A stretch of DNA of 64,000 nt, from NCBI GenBank assembly GCA_964016885.1, contig OZ024740.1, positions 329,468,001-329,532,000 on the forward strand, given 5' to 3'. Below the pieces are notes generated by a model that was given only the letters and a program-made list of their open reading frames with translations, did not search any database and was not told the DNA's origin. Of the stretch, positions 26,481 to 41,384 are shown one piece after another. Positions within the stretch are counted from its first letter, which is position 1. Every line of letters starts with the position of its first letter. Made by a program: the position numbers and the translations under genes. Source of the stretch: Eledone cirrhosa. Taxonomy: Eukaryota.

Positions 26481-29400
26481 TAATCATTGGATGTAGAGCT
26501 AAAATATTGCAAAGGAGTAACAAAAAGGATTTGGAAGAATTGAATTATTTTGGTTTAGCCTGTGATTGCAAACTCAGCTAGTGACAGCAGCTAAATAGAT
26601 CACAAAATAAAAATAAACTAAAAGGTTTCGAGTTTGTGTTTATCTGTGTGCTTTTCTTTAGAAACACAAAACATGCAAGTGTTGCAAAGATCCGTTCAAC
26701 GGTCACACAAACCCATGTGCAAATTTATGTATGTCGCTATAAATATAACATTAACTACGATCATGTCATTAATAAACCTTTCCTAATGTTTACCGATTCC
26801 TCTTGTATTCTGGAAATATTTCAAATTCATATGAAATACAGATACATTTGACACAATTCGAAATGGTTTACATGCCCTAGTATTGAGTATACACCTACGC
26901 AGCTGTACATTTACAGCGGTTCCAAATTTCTTCTTCTAGTTTAACGTCCATATAATTTTATTATATCCATAAACCACTAAATGAAATTCATTACAATAAC
27001 ATTTGTCAGGCTTATTACAATTTTAGTAAATATTCAGCTACTACTTCACTAGAATTCTTTAAGAAAATAAATCTTTATACATACCTACAACAAACGAGAA
27101 AATCATTCCTGGGGACTATGGTTTGTTTCTGTTACGATCAGCTTCTGTTACGTCATGTCTAGACCATTTCGCACGGTCAGTACATTGTTAATGTATTCAC
27201 AATCAATTGTATATAATATCCAACAAAATACAAGTAACTTCATAATGCTTGAGTTAAGCATTGAATGTCGGTAAGGCAGAGCATACTCAATCGTAGATGA
27301 TGGATGGCCTAAGATAAAATAACACTACTAAAAGCAGTAGCACTCGAACAAAAGACATGTTTTATAATAAAATTATTAACTTCATAATAAAAAAAAAAAC
27401 AACAATTCAGTGCTGCATAAATGAAACGATAAATATAATCTAAAAATGTAAAAAAGGTATTCTTGATAATCTTCAATTTTATATGAATTTTACTTTGATT
27501 GGTTTTACATTTATGTTGTGTAACTCAAGGTCATAGCCACTACCTTGTTAAATTGTTGCTGGATATGAAGAGTCACAAAGGAGGCATTACGAGAGGAATA
27601 TATAACTGGTTGAACAACAAATGAATATTTCGATAACTTACATACTTCTCGTACTTGAATTTGAATATTTTCTCAATTATATCGGTATAACCTACTAAAT
27701 TTCAGGATGATTGATGGAAACTTACACTTCTATAATTGCGTAATATTTAGGAGACACCACGTTTCCTAATATATATATCATTCAATGAAATGCAGTAACT
27801 ACTCTGGAGGCCAAATCGAAATAACTGATGAAACATTAAACATTTAGCAAATTACAGAATTAGGCTTTGAAAAATATTTTATTATGCTGCGATGTTTGGG
27901 TGGAAATATTATCTATGAGGAATTGAGAATCAATTTTCATTGCATTTTGGGAGAAATTGCGAAGAGTCGCCATAGGCAGTTCCTTAATTATAGTTGATTA
28001 TAATGAATATTATTTATAAATGAGATGTCAAAAGTAGAGAAACTTCGAATTCTTCAACCACAATGAGGAAATAGTGTGTTAAAAATCGATGAACGCACTT
28101 AAGTAAGTGTAAGTTTGATTATTTTTAGTCTAAAATAAACCGGAAACTAGGTTTCATTCTTCATCTGAATGCTTCACATTCAATATATTCAATTAAACGT
28201 CTGTCTGATCGAGAATTCCACTAAATTTAACTATATTTCTATTTCTCGCATGATCAACAGTAAATCAGCAAATGACTTTTTAATTAACAAAGATTACATA
28301 AATATTTTGCCGACATATCGATTAAAAGTCTGACACTGGAAGCAAATGTCAAGAATTGTTATTAGGCAGTTTATTATCAACTTACTTCATTTAAGCTGTT
28401 CTAAGTCTGAAACAAAAAAATAATGACATGCACAATAATGTGTACACAAATATTTAAATGCAAATCCATATTTGAACTGCACAATGATGTTGGGTTGGTC
28501 ACACCTTTTTTAGCTTAATGTTTCACGTATTACATCTTCCACGTGTAATACGAAGAGCGATAGATATAATTCCATTATTTTGAAAAAATAAGAAACTGAG
28601 TCGACATAATTAGAGAAGAAACTATGGAGATGTGAGCAATTTAGATTGGGCGTGGAAATATAAGAGAAAAGATAAATATATTGATGAAATATATGGATAA
28701 TTAGTTATGACCCAGAATTGCCTTAATTATTTTAACTCTATCTGCTATGTATGTAATGATTTAACAGGTTGAATTAAATTCATGGCTCTTCTATAAACAT
28801 ATACGTACTCTTTCTTTTGATTAGTTTTGATTTTGTGGGTCTCCCCATTTGAATGTGTGGAGAGGCTTCATTGGTTCTTAAAAAGTATGTGTGGAAGCAT
28901 TCCTTCATAGTAGAAGGGAATTAATTACCTTGCGCATACTGCAAACTGAGAAGTATTATATGAAAACATGAAGTTGCATTTAGAAGAGGTTCCGTATCTA
29001 AAATATAAATATAATTACTGAAGGGAGCATTGTGCTGTTACTAATGTTTCCGCTAGGCTACAACAATTACTGTTGCTTATTTGGGGGGCAGTAAGTCTTA
29101 CATAACTAACTATGCTTACATGGATCGGTTAAAGCATACTTTACGTTTTACGCGAACGAAAAAGCTTTTGAATTCTAGACTTGATAACACAGAAAAAATG
29201 TTTGCTCCTACTTTGCATATCAGTTACGAATTATGGAAAATATGTGTTACAATGATGAGTGAGGAAACACGGTATTTTCCCTGTTCAGTAACATCGTGAT
29301 CAAAGAAAACATGTTTATAAGACCTCAGATCATTTGCAGGATGGTTGATCAAGCTGAATTGTATAGTTTTAAAAGTCGGTGCAATTATTGTTTTTGTAAT

Positions 29401-30341
29401 TAAAAAGCCAAAAACTATGTAAAATTATTTGGTGAATTTTAATGTCTTGCTGGGCAGTGAGATGAAATACATAATTAAAATCTCATTTTCAGGTTTTCCT
29501 CTGGACAGATTCCCGGAGAACCTATTGGACATTTTAAGAATTTCTAAGAAGATTAGAGTCGCATTATAATTAGTTTCAAATTCTGGGCCCTTATGAATGA
29601 TATGTAAAGTACAGGAGCAAATCTAGTTAACCTACGTTTTAATCTACATTCTACATTCTACATATGATCATTTTAACGGGTAAAAATGAATTTTCGATAC
29701 TCAAGTAGGGTTTTGTTTCATACAGAAAACACTGCTTAGATTATATATATTTTGGTGCAGCTCATGCTACACGTCTTAAATATTTTAATTTTTGTGGCAT
29801 GGAACAATTATGGTTTTGTTTCCAAGTGTTAAAAAAACATTTAATATCATCTTTATAGATGAAATGTTGAACATTGATCTATATCGATTCACTTATTCGT
29901 ATAATTAAAGGTACCTGAAATATTGTTGAAACTGATGGGTACTTTCTTTTGGCACCAGTTCACGAATAAAGGCATAAGTTCGAAACTAAAATTGGTATAT
30001 GGATATCTTCAGTAAAATGTCATATGCGATGGACAGGAGTATCAAAATGAAAAATAGTATAGTAGATGTAAATATTGATACATTGTTCCACTATAAAAAC
30101 CGAACTAAATGTTTCAGATTGAATTTTTTGTTTAAATTAGCTGTAAATATTTAAGATATTCTATACCGTATATTATTTGGAAAATAACATTTACCTTAGA
30201 CGTACACAGTATTACACACGATGTTTCATTGACTCGCAGCCATATTTATCGCGATACATTTACAGAAATGTAATAGTGAGTAAACCATTGTTGACAGTAG
30301 TCTGAAGGCATTTAAATGTCGGCTATCTTTATATTTCTACA

Positions 30342-31431
30342 AAGCAGTAAACGTCGCTACTCATGATATCATGATCTTCTGAGGTCACCTTATGTTACTA
30401 CTTTTACTACTGCTTTCTACAAAGATGATATTTCTATTCAGGATAGGTCAGCAGAGTGATAGCAGCAGTTGTCTTTTCCCTAAGAAGCATAGAATCCTGG
30501 TAAATGGATATCATTTTCAGCTTCAACAGCATATTGTTATTCTCGTAGAAATAATAGAGTCAATCGACTTCCATCAGAACTTTGAGGAAAATGCAGTTTA
30601 TGCACGTGCCATCGAATTGCAGCCAACAACAGGCTAATGTCAGATTGATAAACGTGTCGGCCGAGTTTCGTCTTCCGTTGGCGAATAGTGACTGGCACAA
30701 GTGACATCGAGTATCAAGCCACCACCATCAGTCGGATTCCTGTCGATGAGAAGGGAAAGCTGATAAGGAACGGAGATGGATTTCCTCATCCTGATTAACC
30801 AGCAATACCTGGACACCAGCCCTGAGGGGTTGTACTCACCTGTTAATAATGATAGAAGAGAGATGACGGTACTTATCTGACAATAGTGATAGAAGGAAGA
30901 TGACATGTTTGGCGCCACCAAAAGATTTTTCTGTCGATAACTAGCCGCCAAAATGAAACCCATTGTTACCAAATCCTATGCCACGCTGGCAATAAATCAC
31001 CAGAAACAACAACTGAAGGAGCAAAAGTGTCATGACCTGCCGCGACACAAGCCAACATGATGCCGAGGGCAACTGCGCAAAAATCCCAGATGGCTAACCT
31101 CTCGTCATCGTTGTAGTGCATTATATGTAGATTGTGAGCATCTGGTTTACCAACAGATTTAGGCCCTCCACTGGAGAAGCCATGTGCATGCTGGTTCAAA
31201 TAAAATTTGATGACCATAGAGGTATCCTTTAAATTTGACCAATTTTGCGTGAGGTAATTAAAATCTGGCATCCCAGAGCACACTGCCAGCCTGATACACG
31301 TTTGGTAGTAATTGCTATTTGATATCTTTTTATCCCAATGAAAATGAAAACGCCAAACATTAGTAGTAAGAGCAGTAACATAAGGTGGCCTCAGAACATC
31401 ATGATGTAATGAGTAGCGACGTTTACTGCTT
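30342..31431. repeat. ~70-bp inverted repeats flanking ~950 bp of GC-elevated sequence
   Basis: 30342-30411 (aagcagtaaacgtcgctactcat...ttactact) is the reverse complement of 31361-31431 with several mismatches. Confidence 0.75.
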
Positions 31432-34400
31432 CCATGATGGTGAAGTTATTTACCAGAATGTAATACTTCCAGAAGTCATCCATTTCTTACTCGCCGCCTG
31501 GCGATTCTCACTCAATGAGGGCTACAGAATGGCACGCAGGCGGCAAAAAGTGAAAATTTCGAATAAAGACAAATTGATATATTCTTGGACTCACAGAGTA
31601 AAGCCTACGTTTTCGATTAGAAATTCACGGGTGCTATTATTATTTATGAATTCAGATCGATTTGCTGAAAAGAATGGCCCAGTATGTTGATGATGTGTAA
31701 ATCAAAAACATTAACGTCCGATCTGGCTGATATAGTTGTAGATCCTCGGTGTTCTAATGCCGTATAGGTGGAAATGAGTGTGTCATTTTTGTATATTTCT
31801 ATGAGATGAGAGTCATTATTTGTTACAATAGACGATATATTTTTGTATCCCAATGTGATCACTAAACACTTTCGTAGCATGTTGATGTGCAGATATGTTT
31901 GTATGTGAATATTCAATGGGCATTGTGTCAAATAAATTTAATATTTTCCAAAATAGCAATTACACTGGCTAAAATTAATCAACGACTGACTGAGCCTCTA
32001 TTTCGAAGCTCTGCCTGTTACTAAGAAGCCACGTCATACAGCGTTTTTAATATGACATGAGTAATAAAAAAAGGGCTGTTCGCAACTGGAAAGCGCTTGA
32101 TTATAAATGTGCTAAGATGGGATTTACTGGTGGTATATATCACCAAACATAATTAAAATTCATATGTACAGTTAACGCATGGATATGTAAGTTTTCCATC
32201 ATCGATCAGGGAACAATATCTAAATGAAAAAAACTTACGTTTTTTTATTTAATACAATCTTCCTATATAACTGGAGATAGCAAAATTTTGATACAGCTCT
32301 CTTCCTTTTTGGAAATCTGTGTACTTAATGTAGCTGTCGGTAAAATAAATATCAGACATATGAAAGGCGTAATTATGCAGCCTTGGAATTACGCAGTGTA
32401 TTTTAACTTTTGGTTTATTGACGGCAGCGTTTTGCATTCTCTATAATATATATATAATCGGAATTTTTTTACTTGATTCTACTCAAGAATAGAAATCATT
32501 TTTCGAAAGCGAATTACTGATCTTGTATGTCATGTGTCATAATTCAGTATATTATAGTGGTTGCTATTATAATGAATATATAGTCCAATGATAGATTAAT
32601 GTATTTAGAACCGGTAAAACAGTTGCCAATATTATACACGAACTGCAGTGCAGTGGGGTGGCCTTGTGATATATAATTATGGCCCTTTACATTCTGAGTT
32701 TAAATTCCGTCGATTCTCATATTGACTTTCATCATTACAGAGTTGATGGAATAAAGTACATGTGACACACTACGTTCGATTTAATAGATTTTAAACTTCT
32801 TGTCAAAATAAGAAACGACTACTGGCCTCATGTCTGAATTAGCATTCAATATTATACACCAAGTTCATTTAACGATAGTTGTGACAAACATAAAATATAT
32901 ATTATCTCGCCAGCATATATAAAATAGAGATAGTGAGAGTCAAAGTTTCCTGCTAATAGATAATTATATATTAGCATGAAACTTTGACTCTCACTATTAC
33001 TCGTTTATTATTATTGTTTTCTTTTATGGATTTTAGATGAATTAAACAATGAATGTAACCATTTTGTTCTTAGTGCTATTCAAAATCTACCCATTGAATG
33101 GATACTTCTAAATGATATGAAATATTAATTAGTTCCCTGACATAAATATGAAATGAAAATTAAGTTTTCCATTAAGTTTTCACAACAAACATTTCCCTAT
33201 TGGGAATCAATATATTCAAACTGAATTTAACATTAATACTGTGTTAACTTTCAGGTCTTGTTTTGTTTCTTCAGAAAAAAAAAGAAGCCGAATAAATTTT
33301 GCTGCATTAAAATTGCTCTATAATTATAACAGAAGAGACATAATGTCTATTGTAATATACTGACTATATCGCTTCCGGAGATACTATCTCTCAGCTTATT
33401 CTGTGCAATGAAAACAATTTCATTTGTCAAAACTATGTCATGTTAACATACATCGTTGGAGAAATAGGAGGAATTTAGCAATGTTCCAAGAGAATTCTTT
33501 CCTGAATAATTACACACAACGCAAGCATTATAATATAGAAATAATCTATTAAAAAGCCCCCAGCACAGAATACCAGTGGGTTCTTTTTGTCAATTACATC
33601 AATAATATTCTCATAAATTTTTCAAAAAGTAATTCATGGAAAAATGTACATCTGAATGTATGAATTTGATAATATTCTGCTAATGCTAATACCAACACAG
33701 ATTTTCGCATATGATAGCGCATACGACTTTCTTGTCACGTAGGAAATAAGAGTCAAATCATTTAAAAACAAACGCGACAAAAGAAACTGAGGTTTAACAA
33801 GATATGTTTCAGTAAAAGATGGGAATAGCTTCGCTAGAATGCTTTCAATCATAGGTTTAGATGATCTGCGACTAAGATACCAGTACAAATGTAATATTTA
33901 CTTCCTTATGCATCATACAACTTATATTGCATTCTTCCTTATCATATACGGATTACAATTGTCTAACATAAGCACACCCCCTACATACACACTCACACAT
34001 ACACCTACAGCCCCCCCCCCCACTATATATATATATATATATATACACATACATATTTATGTATGGCGGTTTAGCGTGGGTTTTCCTTTTTCATTTTAAC
34101 TATGATGTATACAAGATACAATCAAATATGGCATTTTGTGAAAGACAAGCTGCAGTGTCTAATTACTGAAGTAGCTTGAGGTAAATTCTTCTAACAATAC
34201 CATATATAAATTGGATAAACTAATGAAGTCAATAACGGTGTAGATACGAGAACTGACGTGCTGATCAACAGTACAGTGGGATCAACATTACAGTGCAATT
34301 AAAATATGTTTCCTTTAACACACCAGTAAATGCAGATCTGACCTAATTCATCTGTAATTTAAATTGAAATAATTCTGCAAATGACAATGTAATTAATGAT

Positions 34401-35053
34401 TCGACATGATTAACCTTGCGGCAATAGTTTATTATTGTTTTCTTATTGTATCTCAAAGATGAAGTAAATACATTATCATATAGTGAAACTTTCATTAATA
34501 AACAGTTGTCCTTCTCTTAGGGGCTGACACATATCTACACAAGGGAAAAGATTTGTTGCAGAAAACCAACGTAGAGAGAATTGAATATCCGTAACAGTTT
34601 CTTCAGTTTTTGATTGAAAAAATTAGTAAATTCGAATGACAAATTTATCCTCTTGGGAATCTTCGGATTGTTAATGAATACATTCATCTATTAATATAAT
34701 TCTGTATAAAATACCAAAGTGAATTTCTCACGAATTAAGATTAATTAAACCTGATATGTTTCTCGAACGATGACCCAACCATGTGAGTAAGATTTACATT
34801 TTAATATTTTTCACATTCAAAGTATAATTAATATATATACAATTGATATCGACCTTGTCTATGCATTTAATGAATTGTTATTAGGAACTGTAAGGGCACT
34901 ACAATAATTAATTCAAAAATAATTCTAAGCATTGCCTGCTATAAATTAACCTGGTATATACCATTGAATTCATTTCACTACTACTGACCTAGTGCAAATA
35001 CGTAATTTTGTTCGACTGGCATTCAAATCATGAACATCCCATCATCTACCCTA

Positions 35054-35240
35054 GATTGGCAGTATCGGTAGGGAGTCGGACACCATGCTTTGAAGCATAG
35101 AGTTACGTCCCTTTATGATCTGAGTTCAAATCCCGCCGAGGTTAACTTTGCCTTTCATCCTTACGGGGGTCGATAAAATAAAGTACCACTAATGTACTAG
35201 GTAATTGCTGGCCTTGTGCCTAAAATAGAAACAATTATAA
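35054..35240 (+). mobile_element. tRNA-derived SINE
   Basis: Same family as 15932-16121. Confidence 0.88.
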
Positions 35241-35425
35241 TAAGTACGATCAATTTTCACGATTGTTTTGGTGTACATTTTCCGTCAACAGTCGTATTAC
35301 TTGGCAAATTGAGGAGCATCTAAGTCACCCAAAGCCTTAGCAATGGCATAATTGCACTCATATTACATCCTGCAATTTTGATGGGAGAATATATTGAATT
35401 AAGCAGTTTGAAATACAATATTTGA

Positions 35426-35612
35426 AATAATTGTTTCTACTTTAGGCACAAGGCCACCAATTACCCAGTGCATTACTGGTACTTTTATTTTATCGACCCC
35501 GTAAGGATGAAAGACAAAGTCAACCTCGGCGGGATTTGAACTCAGATCGTAAAGGGACGTAACTATGCTGGAAAGCATGGCGTCCGACCCTCTACCGATA
35601 CTGCCAATCCAC
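35426..35612 (-). mobile_element. tRNA-derived SINE
   Basis: Reverse complement of the family. Confidence 0.88.
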
Positions 35613-36598
35613 TGGAAATAATGAAATGAACGTAGAGAATATTAAAATAGTTTCCTGTCGTAAGGCAGTTTGACAGTGTTGATCCGGAAATAAAAATTCG
35701 AAACATGCAATGACATTCATGTAGTACAAAAATGAGAGCACAGCGTGTCCAGTCACCCAATACTATTCTTCATTTCTGTCAATGTGTGGAGTATAGTGTT
35801 CAGTTAGTTATAAAAATGGTATATATTGGGCACCATGTTTGTAGGTCGCACATATGGTTTCAAATATCTAATTACGTGTCGTAATTGTACACGAACTGTG
35901 TTGATGTGGAGATACACAATATCAACCAAATATGTACGTAGTTCCATTGAGTCAGAACTGAAATGGAACAACATAATATCAGTAAAAGCAGCAATAATAG
36001 AATATATATGCTATTTCTAGACAATCAGGGATGATTAGACTTTTCAATTCTAATTACACTATAGCTAAATAAAATATGTTTGATAGGGGACGTCTGAAAC
36101 ACCGACGAAATTTACACAGTATAGAATAGCAAGAAAAAATAACATTTTATAACAGGACATTTCACCTTTTGTAAACTCATTCTGAAAGCAAACAAGCAAA
36201 CCAATAACTAGTTCTTGGATATACTGCAAATTATAGATGAATATCTACTAATCAAGTAATCATTTTAAGCGACGATGCATTAGCAGATAGCTCAGTATTC
36301 ATGGGCGAAATGAATGACGCAATTGTCACTGTTTAGATGCTTAAGGTTGTGTGGATCTTCAGTCAAAGCCTATTTAAACATATCTGCTGTTGCCTTTCTC
36401 TGAAAATATTTATTTTAAAATCTATTTTACGAGGAAAGTTTATTTTGCATGATTTCCCTTTCCCATATCGATCATCATAATAAAACAATATAACACTATA
36501 GAATGTTTTGTGGCACGATAGAATCCTTCTCTCCATCGAATTTTCTGATAAGCGCTTTCAATAGTTATGTATGAATGTATGCTTTTATATATACATAA

Positions 36599-36704
<106 letters not shown>

Positions 36705-36718
36705 ATATATATATATAT

Positions 36719-36975
36719 ATTTGAAACATATTTTGAAAAACACAAAAATGTCATTTTCTTGTTTATGTACATAAACATATTTGAGGTCGTAGAGGAAGAA
36801 CATATGGTAAACATTATATATATATATACATGTGTGTGTGTGTGCATGTGTGTGTATGTATGTGCGTGTGACTGTGTGTGTAACATATATAAGCACATAT
36901 TATAAAATTAATACGTATATATGTACATACATATATATATATATGTATGTTTGTATATATACATATATATATATA

Positions 36976-37061
<86 letters not shown>

Positions 37062-37287
37062 TATATATATATATGTATATATACAAACATACATATATAT
37101 ATAGTTGTATGTACATATATACGTATTAATTTTATAATATGTGCATATATATATATATGTATATATACAAACATACATATATATATAGTTGTATGTACAT
37201 ATATACGTATTAATTTTATAATATGTGCATATATATGTTACACACACAGTCACACGCACATACATACACACACATGCACACACACAC

Positions 37288-37328
<41 letters not shown>

Positions 37329-37422
37329 GTTTACCATATGTTCTTCCTCTACGACCTCAAATATGTTTATGTACATAAACAAGAAAATGACATTTTTGTG
37401 TTTTACAAAATATGTTTCAAAT
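36719..37422. repeat. ~700-bp fold-back palindrome centred on a (TA)n tract
   Basis: 36719-36960 mirrored at 37060-37422; right arm has an internal ~76-bp tandem duplication. Confidence 0.85.
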
Positions 37423-38136
37423 GAGAAAATCTGATTCGAAATAAATATGCAATAAATATATATAAAGCAAATAACTGTTTTTAAAAATGATAGGATAGTA
37501 AATAATATTATTCATATGGAACTGGTGTTAAACTTTATTTTATAAAAGTGCATGCTAAAGTTATTTTTCCTGACTATATTATGAGTAAAAAACGGAAAAT
37601 ACAGAAAGTTAAAACAGTGTTATATAGTCCTGTCTTATTTTTTCACCAACAAATTTACTGTTGGCTGACAACAGCAGATATAGACCTCGTTGAAAAGAAA
37701 GTGGTCCCTTATGGAGAGCAATAAAATATGAGCGACAATCTATAATGGTTTACGCTGGTAGCTGGAGCTGTACATTATGCGTTTTACGGTCGAAAGATAA
37801 TGGAGTTTAATGCCAAATATTCCTTACATTAAGAAAAGAACAGTATTGCAATATTTTATATATATTATGTGTTTACTTATTTCGCTATATCACTGCATTG
37901 CAGTAATTTCTACATATCTATGTTTACAATAAGTGTCCTCATGCCAAATTCTTGAAGAGTTTTAATAGAAGTCATATATTTTTAGGGGTGACTAACTGAT
38001 ATTTTCAATCTCGATAAAAACAGCTATCATCTACTTTTAAATAGTTGTATTCCAACATTTCTTTTTTCCATAAAATCTAAATATAAACATCGATGATAAA
38101 AAACGTTAATCCAAATAATATGATGTAATAATAAAA

Positions 38137-38308
38137 GTTTCTACTTTTGGCAAAAGACCACCAATTACTCCAGTGTATTACTAGTGCTGTATTTTATCGA
38201 CACCGTAAGGATGAAAGGCGAATATAACATCGGTGGGATTTGAACTCAGACTGTAAAGGACCGTAACTCTATGTTGCAAAGCAAAGTATCTGACCCTCTA
38301 CCGATACT
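38137..38308 (-). mobile_element. Diverged tRNA-derived SINE
   Basis: ttttatcgacaccgtaaggatgaaaggc...gggatttgaactcaga...ccctctaccgatact. Confidence 0.8.
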
Positions 38309-40653
38309 ATTATTGTCTTATTAAATAATGTTATTTTACAGAATTAAATTTTCAAATATTTATGAAATCTCATAATGAAATGAAATATTACAAAAACAAT
38401 GTGTCGACTTTTAAAACTAATTTTTTCCGGTTGATTCTACGATACAAATAATTGTATCAAAGCAGAATAATTTTGTTTAGGCACGACTCATACTTGATGC
38501 GGTAAGCACGAGACCATGCTATATTTTATTCAGGTAAACTTCATAGTTAGTTCAAGATTAAACAGACACACCCAGTGGTACATACTACTATATTTAGTCT
38601 TATTAGTTTCAAGCTCTTTCATGAAAGATAAGTAAAAGAATTACCCACAGACTGCAAATTAGTTGATATTTGAAACTTGATATAACATTACATTGTCGAA
38701 TATAGTAGACATTTTAAAAACAAATTTAGTCTTAGTTATTTTCATCATGTTTGGTCTTAGATATTTTCATCAAAATGATGAGACAATAATGATATATACA
38801 TTTATAAAAGCCTATTTTGTTGTTTTAAGTATCTTATTGGAAATTCCCGTGGTGTGTAATGAGAGTGAGTCTTATAAAATTAATTAGTTTGTATGGCTAA
38901 TCTATATTAGCTGTCGTTAGCTGGAAGTGAGAATTCCAATAAAATGAAGTGTGCTTGTGTGTGTTAATTGACCGGTACACGATTATTCTCAGATCAATTT
39001 GTGACAAGAGCGAATCATTTTAGTTTTTCCCTTACAAAACTAAAACCGTCAATCCAGATTCCATTTTTCAAGCCTGAAAAATGCCTTTTCAAACATTTCT
39101 CCACAAAAATGTCAGTAAAATGGCAGTCATTAAGAAGCTGGATTTATTGCCTCGATAATTTTTCCGGTTCATTACAATCTGTGTAGGGAAATTTTGCTTT
39201 TCATCGTTGCAAAGTCCATAAAGAAAATACCAATCTTGCAATGGTTTCAATACTTCCTCTCGATGTCAATTTTTCTGTCATTCTCATTTTCCCAATTAGG
39301 TGTGATCAAGCCTGTAAGAGGGTCATAAAATGATCGAATTACGCCTTATGCCATGACAGTGCCACTGCGATTTCATCAAGAGTTACGAGTCACTTCCTTT
39401 CATATATAAAAGATCTATAGTAGGAATATAATAATTTTAGTGTTAGACTTGATATTATGAGCTACCAAAATCAGTATCAGGTAATTTTAAATGTTGATCG
39501 AGAGATTAAAATAAATGTGTACGAGGTCAACTATAGTAACAACCGAACTGTAGCATTTGCCTTTGTAACGGATTCATTAGAGGTGTGCCCGGGTAGAACG
39601 AGGATACAGATCATCCGGATTTCGAAACACAAACATTGTAAACAACTAAAGGGACTTTTATGAAAATCAGTCTCTGTTCGATTGATTATCTTTAAAGATT
39701 TTCTAGTATATGCATATTATATCTCTAAATATGTAGTGTGCTAATACGTTCCTAGACTCAATAATGCTATTCTTGGGATGCTACCCTATTGGAATATAAG
39801 TATATAACGTTAGATGTTATGTCGAGTTTAAGGTATTATTTATTTATATATAGTTCATAAACGTAATCCATTATCAGCGGAGCAATGATCTGAAAAACAA
39901 ATAGACCACTATTTCTATAAATAGTATAAACATCATGAACATTGCAGGTGGGATTGTGGTTACATATCTATACAATAAATGAACGTTTGGCAATAAATTA
40001 ACCATCAATTTGTATTTTAATGTTTAATGTCTCGTGGATGTTGGTTAAGTTCGTTTAAGGAGAAAGATGACTACAAATCTTATCTCGAAATAGCATGGAG
40101 AAAACAGAGAAGAGCACACAAAGTACACCAAGAACTGATGCAGGACTACTCTATGGTTTGAAGCTTGTACCCCTACCCAATCCTATGGAATACTGCACAC
40201 TATATGAGCAAACATGGCGAAACCACCAAAAACAACATGGATGAAACAGAGAGGGCAACAATATGGCTGATAAGACATCACCGCTGATGTTGGGGAGTAT
40301 TTATACCATTGAACACATACTGCTACTTAATTAATTTCGACATGTTCACCTGTTGACGGTACACATTCTACGACCCGAAGCATCCAATGACACAGGGGTA
40401 AACATTGTTGATGTGCATAAGGTTTAACAACAATAGATCCTGAACGTAAACGAGGCATAGTGCTTTGGATTAAGAAACAATATCTCTGAATTAAGAAATG
40501 GTCACTTTGTTTGTGAAAAACATTCTCAAGCCCGAATTAGAGATTTACTGCATGTCCTACTCGAATAGTGCCACGGGATTATTCTTAGTTTAAAGAAAAT
40601 CATTGTTCAGAACCCACAAGATTAACTGGTTTGTCATGGGAACATGCATCCAC

Positions 40654-40690
<37 letters not shown>

Positions 40691-40696
<6 letters not shown>

Positions 40697-40960
40697 TATT
40701 TAGCCTGATAGTGGGGTTAAGATCCCTCGGAGAAATGGAAAAAGATGAGTATTGAAGTACATGGGAGTCGAACCCACATCTTTGGTTATCCGGACCACTG
40801 TGCTACCATTTACACCAATACATCATGTGTTGGTGTAAATGGTAGCACAGTGGTCCGGATAACCAAAGATGTGGGTTCGACTCCCATGTACTTCAATACT
40901 CATCTTTTTTCCATTTCTCCGAGGGTTATTAACCCCACTATCAGGCTAAGTAATTTCTAT
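40691..40960. repeat. Head-to-head palindrome of a tRNA-like (Pol III) sequence
   Basis: Arms 40691-40823 and 40825-40960; right arm has tggtgtaaatggtagcac (A box) and ggttcgactccc (B box); (TA)n on both sides. Confidence 0.85.
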
Positions 40961-41139
40961 ATATATATTTAGTCAAAATACGGCGATAACTTACATTTCT
41001 AATAATTTCAAACCCACTCGCTGTTTCGAAAATATTCTTACATATATATATGTAAAAGGTAAACAGAAATAACAACACAATCGGTACAGTATATGGAAGG
41101 AATATATTTGGTTAACGCTTGAAATAGCAGGAAGAGGGT

Positions 41140-41173
41140 CTTAACGTTTCGGACGCTAGTCCTTCATCAGAAG
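41140..41173 (-). ncRNA. Minimal type I hammerhead ribozyme (solo PLE-type terminus)
   Basis: ctt-CTGATGA-a-ggac-tagc-gtcc-GAAA-CG-TT-aag. Confidence 0.8.
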
Positions 41174-41384
41174 GAAGAATGAGAAAAAAGATAGATTAAG
41201 GGGAGGGGCGAGTTGGAATTGGAAACATCTCTTTAGATAAATATTAACAGGTCCATTCATGTTGACATCTCTATATATATGTATGTATGTATGAATGTAT
41301 GTATAAATGTATGTATGTATGTATGTATGAATATATGTTCTTCTGGTTTTATAATTTCACAAATCTTTTCCCAATAGAGTGAAA

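Noticed and set aside
40826-40895. Functional tRNA gene
   Set aside because: Acceptor stem and anticodon loop are non-canonical; treated as a tRNA-derived repeat.
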